In this document: piece by piece, positions 33,546-45,337 of the stretch
Numbering within the stretch: the stretch's first letter is position 1
Layout of the letters: the number at the start of each line of letters is the position of its first letter
Origin: Paramoeba atlantica
Taxonomy: Eukaryota; Protista; Discosea
NCBI GenBank assembly: GCA_977017575.1
Contig: CDRNVI010000030.1
Location: forward strand, 310,001 to 374,000
Direction: 5' to 3'
Length of the DNA: 64,000 bases
Position numbers and translations under genes: made by a program
Notes under the pieces: generated by a model
Told to the model about the DNA's origin: nothing
Seen by the model: only the letters and a program-made list of their open reading frames with translations
The model's database searches: none

Positions 33546-35734
33546 GTGTTCTCGTACCGAGAACACCGGCGAGGACCTCTAGGAGATGGCCCGGCAGTAC
33601 CTCCTGACCCACGTTACCTCAACCCAACTTTATGGCGTGATGTGCCGTTGCGCCCGCTTTGTAACGGACGCCCTGCTTTTAACTGTGTCAAGCGTTGGCG
33701 CAGTATGCAAGACATTCCTCTTGGCGCGGATGACGAAAGCTGGATAAACTGCCATGGTTTTTTGACTCCGCCATCGTGCCGAAAGCATGGAACGGAAAAG
33801 ATGGCGTCCGTACCGGGGAAGAATTATATGATTTGTATGTTTAAGGATCCTGGAATGCGGAACCCCTGTCAAATAAACATGGGGCTTCTTTGCGAAGCCA
33901 TCTAACTCCCACCATCCTTTTACTTCTTTGGGCAGACATTGCGAATCAGCTTTGTACTGACCAAATCTGCCACAGCCGAGGGGTGGGTAGAAAAATTGTC
34001 CAGGAAGTGTTACACTCCGCGGCCAATGCTGCGCTTTCCCAAGAGCAGTCCGAGCAACACGAGTTTTCTCGCATCCAAGTGGACGAAACGTTCATTGGAA
34101 AGAGAAAGTATCAGCGTGGGAGGCGGCAGCGGAAAAGGGGATGGTGGTTTGCCACCGTCACGGAGATCCGTGGACAAGAAATGGGAAGAACCCATTGGAA
34201 GTTGGTCAAGCGCCGAGACACGGAAACGCTGCATAACTTCATCCTGCCGCACTTGACGAGTGCACGGGCTGTGGTTGTCAGTGACCGTTGGGGGGCGTAT
34301 TCCACTCTGGGGGACTTTTGTCGCCACCACGCTGTGAATCATAGGAGTCTGTGCAGTCGGCGCGTGACGTTTCGTGACGCTTCGTGACGGCGCGTGACGG
34401 CTCGTGACGTTTCGTGACAACCAAGATCGAGGTTTACTTGGCGCCTGTCAAGATCGAGGTTTACTTGACACTTGTCAGTGCCGAGCGCCTCAATCAATCA
34501 AAATACATTTCTCTGATTTGCGGCGACACAACAACCCAGTGACTGTCGTCCATGGTGATGTACGTCATCCATGGTGATATCGGCAGCGAAGATGAGAAAC
34601 GTGCGACCCCGCAGTAATTGATGAGGACGGGCTCTGTTATCCTCTTGAATCTCTGTACCATAATGCGCTACATAACAATACAATCCATCGTATTGATCGA
34701 GCGCGCCTTGTGGGTCACCAAATAAGGGCTTCAGAAACCTACCGTCCTCTAGTAAGACGGGGCTCCCGGGAAAAGCGAAATTTCCATTGCCTTCCGAAGC
34801 ATGCATGCTTCGATATCCAATCCCGCCTCTCGAAGACTTTGCAGCATCTGGGAATGGAAAGATTCCACAACCTGACTTTGCCCACGCGAAAAGCTGGACG
34901 ATTAGGCCGTGCGATTGTGAAGGGAGTCAAGCTCTTAGTGCCGTTCCAGCCATATTGCAACAAACATTTCGCTCTTAGGAAATGTCCTCAGGTGAAATAA
35001 GTGGTGGAAACGCATCATCTAGGGTCAGGACTTTAGTGCAAAGTTAGTTTATTGAAACAGTTTTAAGATTTTTCAATTTGTTTTTGAGTCAAAATGTTGG
35101 GCGGGAGGTAATTTTAGAACCCAATTTTTGTCGCAAGTCTCCTGTAAAAAATTTACGAACGACACTATATAATTGCCCACTAAGGTACACCGCATTTGAA
35201 AAACGATTGATGAGTTGAGAGAAAGATCTATCGTATTTTTTCATCAACAAGCGTCTAGTAAGGATTTTTGTTGCAAGGATTCGAAACGGGACACTTTCCG
35301 TGGCACTGCTGCCGATGAATAGGCGATTGTAGTGACATTGAAATAAGTACATGTTTGTTTCCAAATCAAGTTTGTTTCCAAAAAATCTGTTAAAAAAGCT
35401 TGAAAAAGCAAGATAATGTGGCTACGCGTGACGTTTCGTGACGGCGCGTGACGTTTCGTGACAGTTCGTGGCGTTTCGTGACAGCCAAGACTTGCACAGA
35501 CTCCATAGCGTGGAGTTTGTGAACTCTCACACTAACACCCCTGAACGGTCGCATCGCATCATCAAAGACTGGGCGAGGAAGCAGCATTACAACTTTGGGG
35601 CTTCTTCCTTGGAATTGATGCGAAATGTGGCCCTTCAGTGTGTGAAGTTGGGGGACGTTCACGTGGGGGACGTTCAACGGGCGAGAGATTGCTTGGCAAA
35701 CTCGGCTTTCCAACCTCTTGGGGTGTTTTTTTGA
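33546..35734 (+). mobile_element. Merlin (IS1595/ISXO2-like) transposase, split by an insertion
   Basis: Zn ribbon CRKH...C; VDETFIGKRKYQRGR; VVSDRWGAY...AVNH / SVEFV...HTNTPERSHRIIK, which rejoin in frame across the CATAG duplication. Confidence 0.88.
34345..35503. mobile_element. Unclassified TIR element with 5-bp TSD (CATAG)
   Basis: TIR GAGTCTGTGCA / TGCACAGACTC; CATAG at 34340-34344 and 35504-35508; arrays of 10-bp CGTGAC-core repeats near both ends. Confidence 0.9.
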
Positions 35735-35880
35735 GTACTACGGCTCGGACGTAGATGACTTCGACGACAGTGTGAGTTCAAGCAGCTGTCCCTCAGACTA
35801 TACCAGCGGTGATGATTTCGTTTCGAGTGAGTCTGAAGGTCATGCTATGCATGACCTAACCGTTGAAGCTAATACTCGAC

Positions 35881-36169
35881 ACTCCCGAACTGTGCCAGCA
35901 AGCCGGTTCCTTTTCTCTTTGGGAAACGTGGGGCGTTCGGGACAAACCGGTGTAACACCCAGTTCGTCCCGAATGGCGAGGGCTCAGCTCTCCACGTGCC
36001 CGGGGAAGGTTGCCCTACGCTCTGCGGACCTAAGTGTGTAGTCGCTTCACGGCGATTTGCATACCATTACCAAATTCGAAAGAGTTTAGGTAGTCATGCG
36101 ACGAGGCACCTTCCCCCAAGTTCCCCTGCTTTCTCAGGGGAGGCTAGATCCTTCGTAGGATAAAAGCCT
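35881..36169 (+). ncRNA. Candidate structured RNA / short retroposon, copy 2
   Basis: Same start (ACTCCCGAACTRTGCCAGCAAGCC) and end (AAAGCCT) as copy 1, with divergent internal hairpins. Confidence 0.5.
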
Positions 36170-36228
36170 GGACAATCTACAATCTACATGCTATGCATGA
36201 CGAGTGAAGCACAATATTTTTGTACATA

Positions 36229-36650
36229 CAGTGGGTGGTACTTGAACCTGGGGGGTCTAAAATTTGTAAAATTTGCTCAATTTTGTAAAATAATAGCGCA
36301 TTCGAGAGCTCTCTCAGAGTTGTATGTCTTTGGCTTATTCGGACCGCTCAAGTTAAACGATTTAATCCTGTGGAAAAAAACATTGTTTTTTTTGTGTGAA
36401 AATTCTGCAGTTTTTCTTTTTTCCCCTTTTTATGCCACAAAAGCGAGTTCGCTCGAGGACATCGCGCGGTGCACTCTCTGCTCGATCCTATTCTTCTCCT
36501 GCAAAGCTCAAGGAGAGTCATAGAATGCTTTTAGTAGCAGACTATGAGCAAACACAGTCTTTCTCCCGAACAGCTCAGAACTTTGGAGTGCACGAAGGCA
36601 CTGTAAAGCGATGGGTTGAGCGCCATGCGGCGACTGGGGATGTCCCATTC
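36229..36650 (+). mobile_element. 5' fragment of a Tc1-like element (terminus plus HTH)
   Basis: TA then CAGTGGGTGG; HTH-like SFSRTAQNFGVHEGTVKRWVERHAATGDV. Confidence 0.65.
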
Positions 36651-36659
36651 CTTTGCGTA

Positions 36660-37560
36660 CATCTCTTGGTTCCACTCCCTTGCTCAGGGAAACAGTAAGT
36701 ATAACGAGTTGATCTATACAACACCCATTCTTGCGAATATTCCAGACGGATGGTGCAAAAATGCTGCCCTGATTTCAACCGAGAAACAAACACCTGACAC
36801 AGGACATGAAGATGGTGGCGACGAGGAAACCAATCCTTCACGCGTCCTCACCAGAGCAGACCATGGCACCCAAGAGACGCAGTCTGAAGGTGACTCCGTA
36901 ATAAAAAAGTTCGCTCGACGCAAATCATCTACCGTACCTCCAAGCGCTAAAGGGCACATTCGAGGAATCACTAAATCCCATCAAAAAGGGCGAGAGAAAA
37001 CCACACCCAGAAAAGGGGAACCTACGGAACCTAACACTCCACACCTATCATACCACGACTACCCCTCGGACATGAGGACACAAGTTTCAGCCCCTGAAAT
37101 TATACAGGAGACGAGGGCTCCGGCGATTATTTTCTCCCAATATCATCCTGGACAAAGAGAGTGCCCTGCAGAAAACTGCATCTGGACAACCCCGGTTCAT
37201 GGAGGCCAATGGCAATCTTACTACAACCACGTCGCTTATCGGCATGGGAACAATATATCTAGCGAATGGTGGGCAAAAGAGGGGCGATTTCACTGCAACG
37301 CATGCGGTCGGCATTGCGACGTCAACAAATTAACTTCACATTCGAAGCACTGCAAAGGGCAAGTTGTGAAAGCACCCCCACCCTCACAGCCATTAGAGTG
37401 CCTTGGCGAGGCCATCTATGACGTACAGGGCACAGACAGCCTACCACCACTGGAGACAGTTTGTACGAACCCAATAAGCACATGCAAGGACGTCCCGCAC
37501 CGATGCCGACAGTTGTGGGTCAAAATATTGACAACGGCTCTCTCCTACGTGGTGGCTTCT
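36660..37560 (+). mobile_element. CRE-like non-LTR family A, N-terminal part (LsmAD-like region plus Zn fingers)
   Basis: SKYNELIYTTPI...TPDTGH; CPAENC...H...H; CxxCG...H...C; LPPLETV...KDVPHRCRQLWVKIL, all in one ORF. Confidence 0.7.
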
Positions 37561-37649
37561 TGCCATGCTTCTTGCCACCTACGATCGCGTTCGTTCGGCG
37601 GATCCAATCTTCTTTTTTTTTTTTGTTTTTTTGTCGTCCCCCGAGCCCA

Positions 37650-40406
37650 TTAGCGCACGCCCCTACGGTACCAGTTTTGTACCGCGGTATGCGCTATCTG
37701 GGCGTTCCCCTTTTGGATGGCTACCCCGATAGCCATGATAAAATGGCTGAGGCAACCATTCTTCTCGCCGGTGGCCTTCCGAGCGACCAGATTTAGAAAC
37801 TGGAGGGTCTCGGGGCCGGGGACACCGTACGTGGTGAAGGCCAGCGGGAAGAAATCCATCTCCCTGGCCCCCGCCATTTCCTCGTGAGTGCGCCTTTTGA
37901 GGCGCTCAGCCTGTCTCACGGTGAAGGAGGGCTCAGCTGCCTCCTTATCCACGTAGGACGGGGCCAGTGGGTTTACCACCGTCACGTCCACTAGGACTAG
38001 TTTCCGCCCCAAAAGGAAACAAATGTCCGGTCCCCGACCGTTATCGAATCTAGGTTCGACTAGGTCTGGGGAGAATCCGTACTGGATTAGTAGGTAGGCG
38101 GAAAGTTTCCTTGACCCCCTTGTGGCGAGAGGCTTGTGTTTCCCCCGAACCTTTTTACAATCCATGGTGTGGACGCAGAACTCCTCATTTTTGAGGGCCG
38201 CGCCACACACACATTGGATTTCTGGTTCGGAGGTGGGTGCCACCATGTACCGGAGTCTAGCGGCGGTCTCCCATTCGGGATCCCGCATGTAGTACTCCGG
38301 CCTGTTCGGCCACGCGTTCATCCACTTGGTGGAGTGGGTGTTCTGGATCTGGCGCATGCAGACCAGATGCGTGGCCGACGGTGCCTTGTCCATAGCCGCC
38401 GCCCGATAGGCGTGTCTCTGCTCCCTGGCGGGGGTGCCGGGGGGCTGGCCTTGTAAGGCATTGACTGCTATTGCCTGCATGTCCTCCGCTTTGTCTTCGA
38501 AGGGGATGGTGCCCAGGAAGTCCGCCGTAAAAAGTTTATTTACGAACGGCGTCGTTCCCATTGCACCCATCCCCCCGATAAGAGCTTCGGAGCATGCGGT
38601 GATGGCCGCGTCCACCTGAAGGTTTGCCTTTTTGGTCACCCCCGGTTCGTGCGTGCGAACTATGTAGTTCCACCGGGGGCTCCCGCAAATGCGGAGGAGA
38701 GGGAGGGCGCACTGTCTGGGTAAATCCTTGAGTTTACCCAAGAAATTAGTGACCTTGGGGACCTTGGAGAGGACCCATTCCTCTTCCCGCGCTTCCGAGG
38801 CGCCAATGTACGCCCCCAGAAGTTTCAGTCCCCCCGGACCGTGTTGCATCCGGCTCCCCGAGAAAGCCGAGTACAGGCCTGGGTGGCGGGTAGCCACCTT
38901 GCACTTGGCCATGTTGAGCTTTAAACCCATAAACTTGGTCTCCTTTTCCAAGGAGCCAAGGGCCTTAACGCACACCTCGGGTTCCGCGGCTATGGTTATA
39001 TCGTCGAGATATGCCCATAGCTTAAGGCAACCCGAAAAGGGAGATCCCTATCATTGGGGATAGGTTAGGGTACCTTTTTAGGGCGCGGAAAATGGCCGCG
39101 CGTGAAATGCTGTTGAAAGCATTTTCCAAGTCGGCCGCCACGACCACCTCGTCAGGCCTGTCAGGAAAGTGATCTCTCACCTCGTATATGACATGCTCAC
39201 AGCCTTGGGTGTATTGGGCTCCAAATTGAAGGCCCTGAAACACTGCTGTGAGATGGTCCCTGACCTGCTCGAGGGCCAGTAGCCCCGCGAGCTTCAGTAG
39301 GACCTCCCCCATGGCTATGGGCCTGTAGGATGAGTGATGTCCCACCGGGGCCCCAGGCTTATTGAAAAAGTTTGAGGTTTGCTCCGGTGAGAAAATCCCT
39401 CATCGTGGGGGGGAGGGAGTTGGTTAGGACCCTTTGGATGATCCAAGTGACCACGTCCCTCGGGTCGTCCTCCTGAAGGATGGGGACCAGGAGTTCCTTT
39501 GTCCATCCGGACGGGCCTGGCGCTCTAAGCGGCGCCAGGCTTGTTGCCGGGCAACATCCGCCGCCGACGGGAGGGGTCAATGTATGACTTTGTCATAGAC
39601 AAATTTGGGGGTGTTACATGGACCTCCCGCTGGGTGGAGGCGTTTCGCCTGTTCCCCCGCCGTCGCCGGATTTGCCGGCGGATCGAGGGGGGCTTCCAAA
39701 ATTTTGGCCGCCCTGGAGAAAGCCCCCGCCCGAATCAGCTCTATTACCCGTTTGATGACGGATCGGGGGAAGCTGTTGGTGGGGAGGGGGATCGGAGCTA
39801 TGGTTTCCGACCCCTCGAGGTGAGCCCGTTTGCGAAGCTCCCTAGCCAGCTGCCTCTGGGACAGTTTGTCCTCGGGGAAAAACAGAAACCGTTTAACCCC
39901 GAGGAGTAGATCCCAGGCGATCTTAATTTTGCCTTCATACGACTTCCCCAGGAAGTTGCTACACACAGACTTAGTGTAATCCTTCCAGGCAGGGCATTGA
40001 ACTGCGTATAGGGTACGCAGCGAGCCCCTTTCAAGGAGCTGTGCCAGGCTGTCCGGGGAGGGCGTGATGTCACCCCGCTCCGTCACCGCGCCTTGGGTAT
40101 TGGGGGGCGTGACACTGGGGGCCTTGTAGGGGGGGTCCGTCCCAGCTAGATGGGGGTAAGGCGGCGGAGGAGAGGTGGGGCACTCGCATTCCTGACGGGA
40201 GGGGCTACGAGGAGATGTAGAGGCCGCGATTCCCTCCATAATAGTACCTTCCCCACCCGGGGTAGGGGTTGTAGCGCCGGGGGTAAGGACAGTTTGGGTC
40301 TCCCTCCGGGCCCTCCTCGTCTTAGAACGTGGACCTGGGTTTGCCTCGATACAGCCTCTGCGGAGGTTGCATTGAACAACACGGGTGGTCCAGCCCGTTT
40401 CGCTTA
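37650..40406 (-). pseudogene. RT plus restriction-like endonuclease (pol) of the family B element
   Basis: Motifs spread over ORFs 39577-40406, 39359-39580, 39022-39345 and 37650-38975. Confidence 0.88.
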
Positions 40407-42804
40407 CTGTGACCCCCCCCTTTAATATGGACACTTTTTCGGCTTTTGTCCATAATAAAGGGGGGGGGGGCGATGAAAGGGGTGTGAAAAAAAATTCGGC
40501 GCCGCTTCGCGGCACCTTTTTTACTTATAATACGACAAAAAATCAAATTTGTAAAATCCATGTCCAGGAGAGAGGGCGAGGAGAGCAGAGGAAGAGGGCG
40601 GGGGAGGAGGGCGTCAATGAGGGGTGAAGGGGCACTTCTTCATAAGGGTGAAGGGTACATGGAGGATATACATTATTGATGTACACTATAATTAGGAATA
40701 AAAAATTAACAACAAGCAAAAAATCATGCATGCTCACATTCAGCTCTATATTCCGTGTAGCTATAAAGGTTCCATTCAGTTAAATTGTAGATGTTCTAAC
40801 GTAAAAATCGAGCCCAAACTTCCTACTCATACAAAGTTTCACACAAATGAACTAAAGGTGGAAAGAAAGAACTTACGTTCACGACGGGAAAAAACAAGAC
40901 CAACGTTAAGAGCTCACGTAAAAGAACCCACGTAAACTTATCACAACAAAATAACAGCCCTTTTACAATTCAAAAGTATCATCACACGCTACTGACTGAT
41001 CCCACCCCTCTGTGTCCATGTCCCCGCGGTCATTGTCTGGATGAAGCATTAGTTGCCCTAAACAATCTTGAGTGTCAATTATTTCCTCATGAAGCTCTTC
41101 ATTTTTTCCACGTATCAACCAGGGTGGGAGGAGTCTCCTCTGTTTCCGGCACAACAATCGGCTCATTTCGTGAAGACTCTATTTGTGGTGAAATTTCCTC
41201 ACGGACTTTTATCTCAGCTTTCGCTTTTCTGGTTGGTTCACTTTCGGGATCCTTCTCGCTCCATGGATACTCTGTAGCTGGTTGCTTGATGTACCTGCGG
41301 GCGGCGTTAAGAATAGTGTTGTGATGCTTTACCCATACTCTCGAATGGGCCTCTTTTATCCACTCCAGCACCAAATAACGAGTTACCTTACACGAAGAGT
41401 TCTGTATTCGCCATGCACTGAGCAACTCATTGTACGCCCTCTTAAATAGGCGATTGAATACTCGGTCGTGAATTTGGATCGTTTTCGTGCACCCGCCAGG
41501 AATTGTGTGCGGGTCACAGTTGACGGGAATATCATCAGTGCGATGCCCCGTGAAGTCGTCAGTAACGATGGCCGTTGAAGATTGTTCCAGGGTAAGTGGC
41601 AAGTATCGGTGCATCATGCGGGGATATATATCATCTCGCACCCATCCAGAAGAGCTCACATCAATAAATATCCCTTTCAATTTATTCGCGTAACTCGTCA
41701 TTTCCGAATAAATTGTTGAGCTTTCTCTGCGCTTCGCTCCGTGCTCAAAAATTACAGTCGGGTGGAGCGGGTAAACTTCGCCGGCCCCTAAATCATAGAC
41801 GCCCGCAAGAAATGCGGTTACTGTTTCCTTTGGGTTTGTATCCACTACCTTAGGTTGCGGGCACCCTACCGGAGCAAGTGTGTACCCTTGCACCTCTCCA
41901 TTGACAAACATGGCGGTTTCATCCCCGAAAAGCGCGAAACGGTAGCAACGGACTGTGTTTTGAACGTAGAGCTTTTCAGCCCAATGAGAAATTCTGAGGT
42001 TCACATCAGCGGGGGCTAAGCACTGTATTCTGCCCCACCGCCGCCACACCCAACCATAGTACCGTCTGAACTTCGCAGAAGTGTCTTCCAAAGCACTAAT
42101 TGAAGTCAATCCCGTATTTTGTCGTATCATGTCGATGACGATATTTCTGGTGAAGGGACACCATAACGAGGAGGCTTGAACGCAGGAGCGGTGTACCCGT
42201 TCCATTGCCTCAGACTTATTGTAGCAAACTGCTTCGGGAACATTGTAGTCGCCTCCTCGAACGTTAAAAGCACGATTCCTGTGGTTGCTCCCCATGGAAC
42301 GATCAATGAGTTTTTGAAAGTAGCTCATACCGTGGCTACGGATTTCATATACTCCGCTTCGCGAAATTCCGTATTTTTCTCGGATTCTTTTTACCGAGAG
42401 AGTCGATCGGCAGATTTCGCGCTTCTCGTATATATTAAGCTCAGTTCGTCCCCTTTTCTCCTTTACGTGGATATCTAAAGAAGCGTGGACATTGCGCTCA
42501 TTTGTAATCAACATTGTTGGATTACCTACCTGTGGCTTTGGGGGTGTTGCCTTAATCCAAGAGGTTAAGGGTCCTTCCACGGAATTCATTAGGTTGAAAA
42601 ATGACTGAAATATATGAACATGACGAACTATGTGAAAGCTGATAAAATTACCTAGCTACAGATACCCTAAAAAACAGAAAAAAAGAGACAAAAAAAAGGG
42701 TACGTCAAAAAAAAAAATTGGCGCCGCTGCGCGGCGCACGGTCGGATTTGTCCACAATAAAGGGGGGGGATACCCCCTGTCCATATTAAAGGGGGGGGTC
42801 ACAG
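40407..42804 (-). mobile_element. Apparently intact pogo-like DNA transposon
   Basis: 27-bp TIR CTGTGACCCCCCCCTTTAATATGGACA; TA at 40405-40406 and 42805-42806; full-length transposase ORF. Confidence 0.93.
41099..42589 (-). CDS. pogo-like DD30D transposase
   Basis: 496-aa ORF; FGDET, VTDDFTGH, IQIHDRVFNRLFK with 30 residues between the second and third Asp. Confidence 0.85.
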   Translation of the reverse strand: MNSVEGPLTSWIKATPPKPQVGNPTMLITNERNVHASLDIHVKEKRGRTELNIYEKREICRSTLSVKRIREKYGISRSGVYEIRSHGMSYFQKLIDRSMGSNHRNRAFNVRGGDYNVPEAVCYNKSEAMERVHRSCVQASSLWCPFTRNIVIDMIRQNTGLTSISALEDTSAKFRRYYGWVWRRWGRIQCLAPADVNLRISHWAEKLYVQNTVRCYRFALFGDETAMFVNGEVQGYTLAPVGCPQPKVVDTNPKETVTAFLAGVYDLGAGEVYPLHPTVIFEHGAKRRESSTIYSEMTSYANKLKGIFIDVSSSGWVRDDIYPRMMHRYLPLTLEQSSTAIVTDDFTGHRTDDIPVNCDPHTIPGGCTKTIQIHDRVFNRLFKRAYNELLSAWRIQNSSCKVTRYLVLEWIKEAHSRVWVKHHNTILNAARRYIKQPATEYPWSEKDPESEPTRKAKAEIKVREEISPQIESSRNEPIVVPETEETPPTLVDTWKK

Positions 42805-42831
42805 TACCAGGATTTCTGTGGGAAGGAAACA

Positions 42832-44592
42832 TCAAAGGAGCCCTTCTTCGTATTTGCGGGGCTCCCAGGCACCGGTCATGATCCGGGGGATACCCAAGAC
42901 CTCGTTCAGACCGGCGGGGATGTCGTGCGCCGCACTCACCCCTGGGGCGGAGACCATGCCGTCGTGTGTCCCGTCATACACCCTGACTGTGGCCCCATCG
43001 CTAAGCCCTGGGGGAAAGGGGGGAAGGGAGAGGCTGACCGCGACTCTTTGCGCTCTGTCCAGCCCTTCAGAGTCGGTGATGGGGGTGGCTTCGCCGGAAA
43101 TGTCCTTCAGCAGCAGGCTCTCTCTGGGGACCCCTAAAGTGTTGCCCACAATGCTTAAAGCAGCTTGAAACGAGCGTTCGGGCGGGCAGGGGATGACTAT
43201 ATGACCCAGGCGCTCGGGGCCAATGTCGAGGAGGATTTCGTGGACCTCTTCCCCTACCGGCTCGTATGGTTTGTCCGGGACTTCCCCAATGGGAGTTCTC
43301 GCCTGTATCGGGTACGCGCCCGACCTGTCCGCCGGTAGAGATGGGGGGAAAGGAGAGGGTGGAGGAGGGGAGTTGGGAATGGGGAGAGGGAAGGATCGTA
43401 AGGAGGGCACGGGCCATGGAGGTCCTTTAGCCACAGTGGTGACCTGGGCCATGCGCAGGCGGGCTTCCTCAGCGCAGAACCTCTCATAGTACGCCATCAT
43501 GGAGGCGTACCGCTCCGTTTTGATCCAGAGGGCTTCCGGGGCATGCTCCTTTAGCAGGGCAATAGATGCTTTCCTTTGCCACTTGGGACCGTGCACCTTT
43601 ACTAGGTGCGCCTGTAGGGCTACATGGTGGGGTTGGGCTACCCCACATTCAATGCAGACCAAATGGCCCGCATTGATCAGAAGAAAGCGATCCTCGATGG
43701 CTTTCTGGGCCGCGTGCAGACCACTGACAGCCTCCAGGGTCAGCTCACGGCGTGCCCGGGCCTCCATTTCCTCAAGGGAGATCCTCTCGTGCTCCGCGTG
43801 TAGGGCCGAGAGGAGACGCAGAGAGACAGAGCATCTTCCAGTTTGGGCTAGAGGGAGCCCCGAGCTAGAAGGGGAGGGAAGGAGTTTGAAGCGCACAGTG
43901 TCCATCTCCTTGAATTGTTGCGCTAGCGTGGGGAGTTTCAGCGGACGCTCCGTCGGGGCGGGGGCGTCGCTATCCATCGCGTCCGACGTGATCGGGGGGG
44001 CGGTCGCCAGGCCAGGCGTCGAGATGCGGGCGTATGACGTGCTCCGACTGTCGGGGGTGGGGAAAGGAGCGAAGGAAACGTTGACTGCTTTCCTCAGGAT
44101 AGGGGTCGGGGCGACCGTAGTACTTGTACGGTCAAAGCTCCGGGATCTGCCCCGAGAGGAAGAAGAACGTGGGATCCTGCGGGCTGTGGAGTTGGCTCGG
44201 GAGGATCGAGAGGAAGACATGGGACGGGATGGAGGGGTCCCTGAGGCTTGCGTCGAGGCACGCACTCTAACGTCGTTCCTGTGCCGAGAGCGCAGAGTAA
44301 CGCACTCCTCACACAGGCGGTTGTCCCGCCTGGTTGGCACGAAAGGGGGGCCACAGAAGTCGCAGGCACATGACTTGTGCTGCTCCTTGACACGGACGAC
44401 CAAGTCCGGCCTCGCCTTCTTCAGCTCCTCGATAGAGAGCTGGCGCAGCTCCTCGACCCCAACAGAGGGGCGGGGGCTGGAGCCTCGCCTGAGAGGGGTA
44501 GTAGCAGGTCCCCCTGAGGTCGAGGATGATGGGGTGCTAATCCCAGTATCGGAATCCTTGGATCCCCGGTGGCCACGCCGACGTCTGGTCAT
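42832..44592 (-). CDS. ORF1 of the family B CRE-like element (basic N-terminus, Zn fingers)
   Basis: MTRRRRGH start; CDFC...CEEC and CIEC...HLVKVH zinc-binding motifs; in frame with pol across one TGA. Confidence 0.7.
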   Translation of the reverse strand: MTRRRRGHRGSKDSDTGISTPSSSTSGGPATTPLRRGSSPRPSVGVEELRQLSIEELKKARPDLVVRVKEQHKSCACDFCGPPFVPTRRDNRLCEECVTLRSRHRNDVRVRASTQASGTPPSRPMSSSRSSRANSTARRIPRSSSSRGRSRSFDRTSTTVAPTPILRKAVNVSFAPFPTPDSRSTSYARISTPGLATAPPITSDAMDSDAPAPTERPLKLPTLAQQFKEMDTVRFKLLPSPSSSGLPLAQTGRCSVSLRLLSALHAEHERISLEEMEARARRELTLEAVSGLHAAQKAIEDRFLLINAGHLVCIECGVAQPHHVALQAHLVKVHGPKWQRKASIALLKEHAPEALWIKTERYASMMAYYERFCAEEARLRMAQVTTVAKGPPWPVPSLRSFPLPIPNSPPPPSPFPPSLPADRSGAYPIQARTPIGEVPDKPYEPVGEEVHEILLDIGPERLGHIVIPCPPERSFQAALSIVGNTLGVPRESLLLKDISGEATPITDSEGLDRAQRVAVSLSLPPFPPGLSDGATVRVYDGTHDGMVSAPGVSAAHDIPAGLNEVLGIPRIMTGAWEPRKYEEGLL

Positions 44593-44759
44593 GGGCTTGC
44601 GCCGGGGCGAGAGAGAGTAGAGGTAGAAAAGAGAAAAGGATTCAACATCCACTCAGACCGACGTAGAGGTTTCTCTGTAACGGAGATTCCTGCTACGATC
44701 CCTTAGCCCTAGTTGGCCAAACGGGATATCTTAACTTAACTTAACTTTCATCTTCCTTG

Positions 44760-45337
44760 AACGCCAGCATTTTCCAGAACTCTCCCCATGGATCGAGTGG
44801 TGTTATGCGAAGCCCAGCTGCCTCACATTCGACAGTGCTTTTATCCCCTCAGCTGAAGGAGTACAGCAAGGAGATCCCTTGGGTCCCCTGTCATTTTCGT
44901 TGGTTTTGGCAGAGGTGACGAAGGATATTGCATCCCGATCCCATCTTCTCACTCAGCTTTGGTACCTCGATGACGGGGTGCTCGTAGGGGAACCCTTGGA
45001 AGTCAGAAAAGCCCTTGACATTCTCGCTGAGGTCGGCCCAAAGTGGGAACTTTTCCTAAATCTCTCCAAGTGCGAGATTATCACCCCACCAGCGTCACCT
45101 CATATCTCGACCCTATTCCACGATGTACCAAGCGAAAAAATACGATATGACGGCAATTTTGACATCTTAGGTACTCCAGTTGGCTCCGCGGATCACTGTA
45201 CGGACTTTCTAAGGACCTACGCCATCGAGCCAGCTAGCGATACATTAGAAGCCACAACATTGATAGATCCCCAGGTCGCCCTCTCCTTAGTACGGCAATG
45301 TGCTGGCTTTTGTCAGATGGTTTGTCAGATGGTTTGA
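44760..45337 (+). mobile_element. CRE-like RT core fragment (probably family A)
   Basis: FPELSPWIEWCY...EGVQQGDPLGPLSFSL...WYLDDG...LNLSKCEI. Confidence 0.85.

Larger units (their letters stand above)
37612..44700 (-). mobile_element. CRE-like RLE non-LTR retrotransposon (family B), degenerate, with a nested pogo
   Basis: ORF1 42832-44592 with Zn fingers; pol with APGPSGWT, YRPIAMGE, ADLENAFNS, YLDD (39000-39011), CxCG...H..C and EPR...GPDI...VDVTV; poly(A) at 37612-37632. The RT4 (QG) segment appears deleted. Confidence 0.88.
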
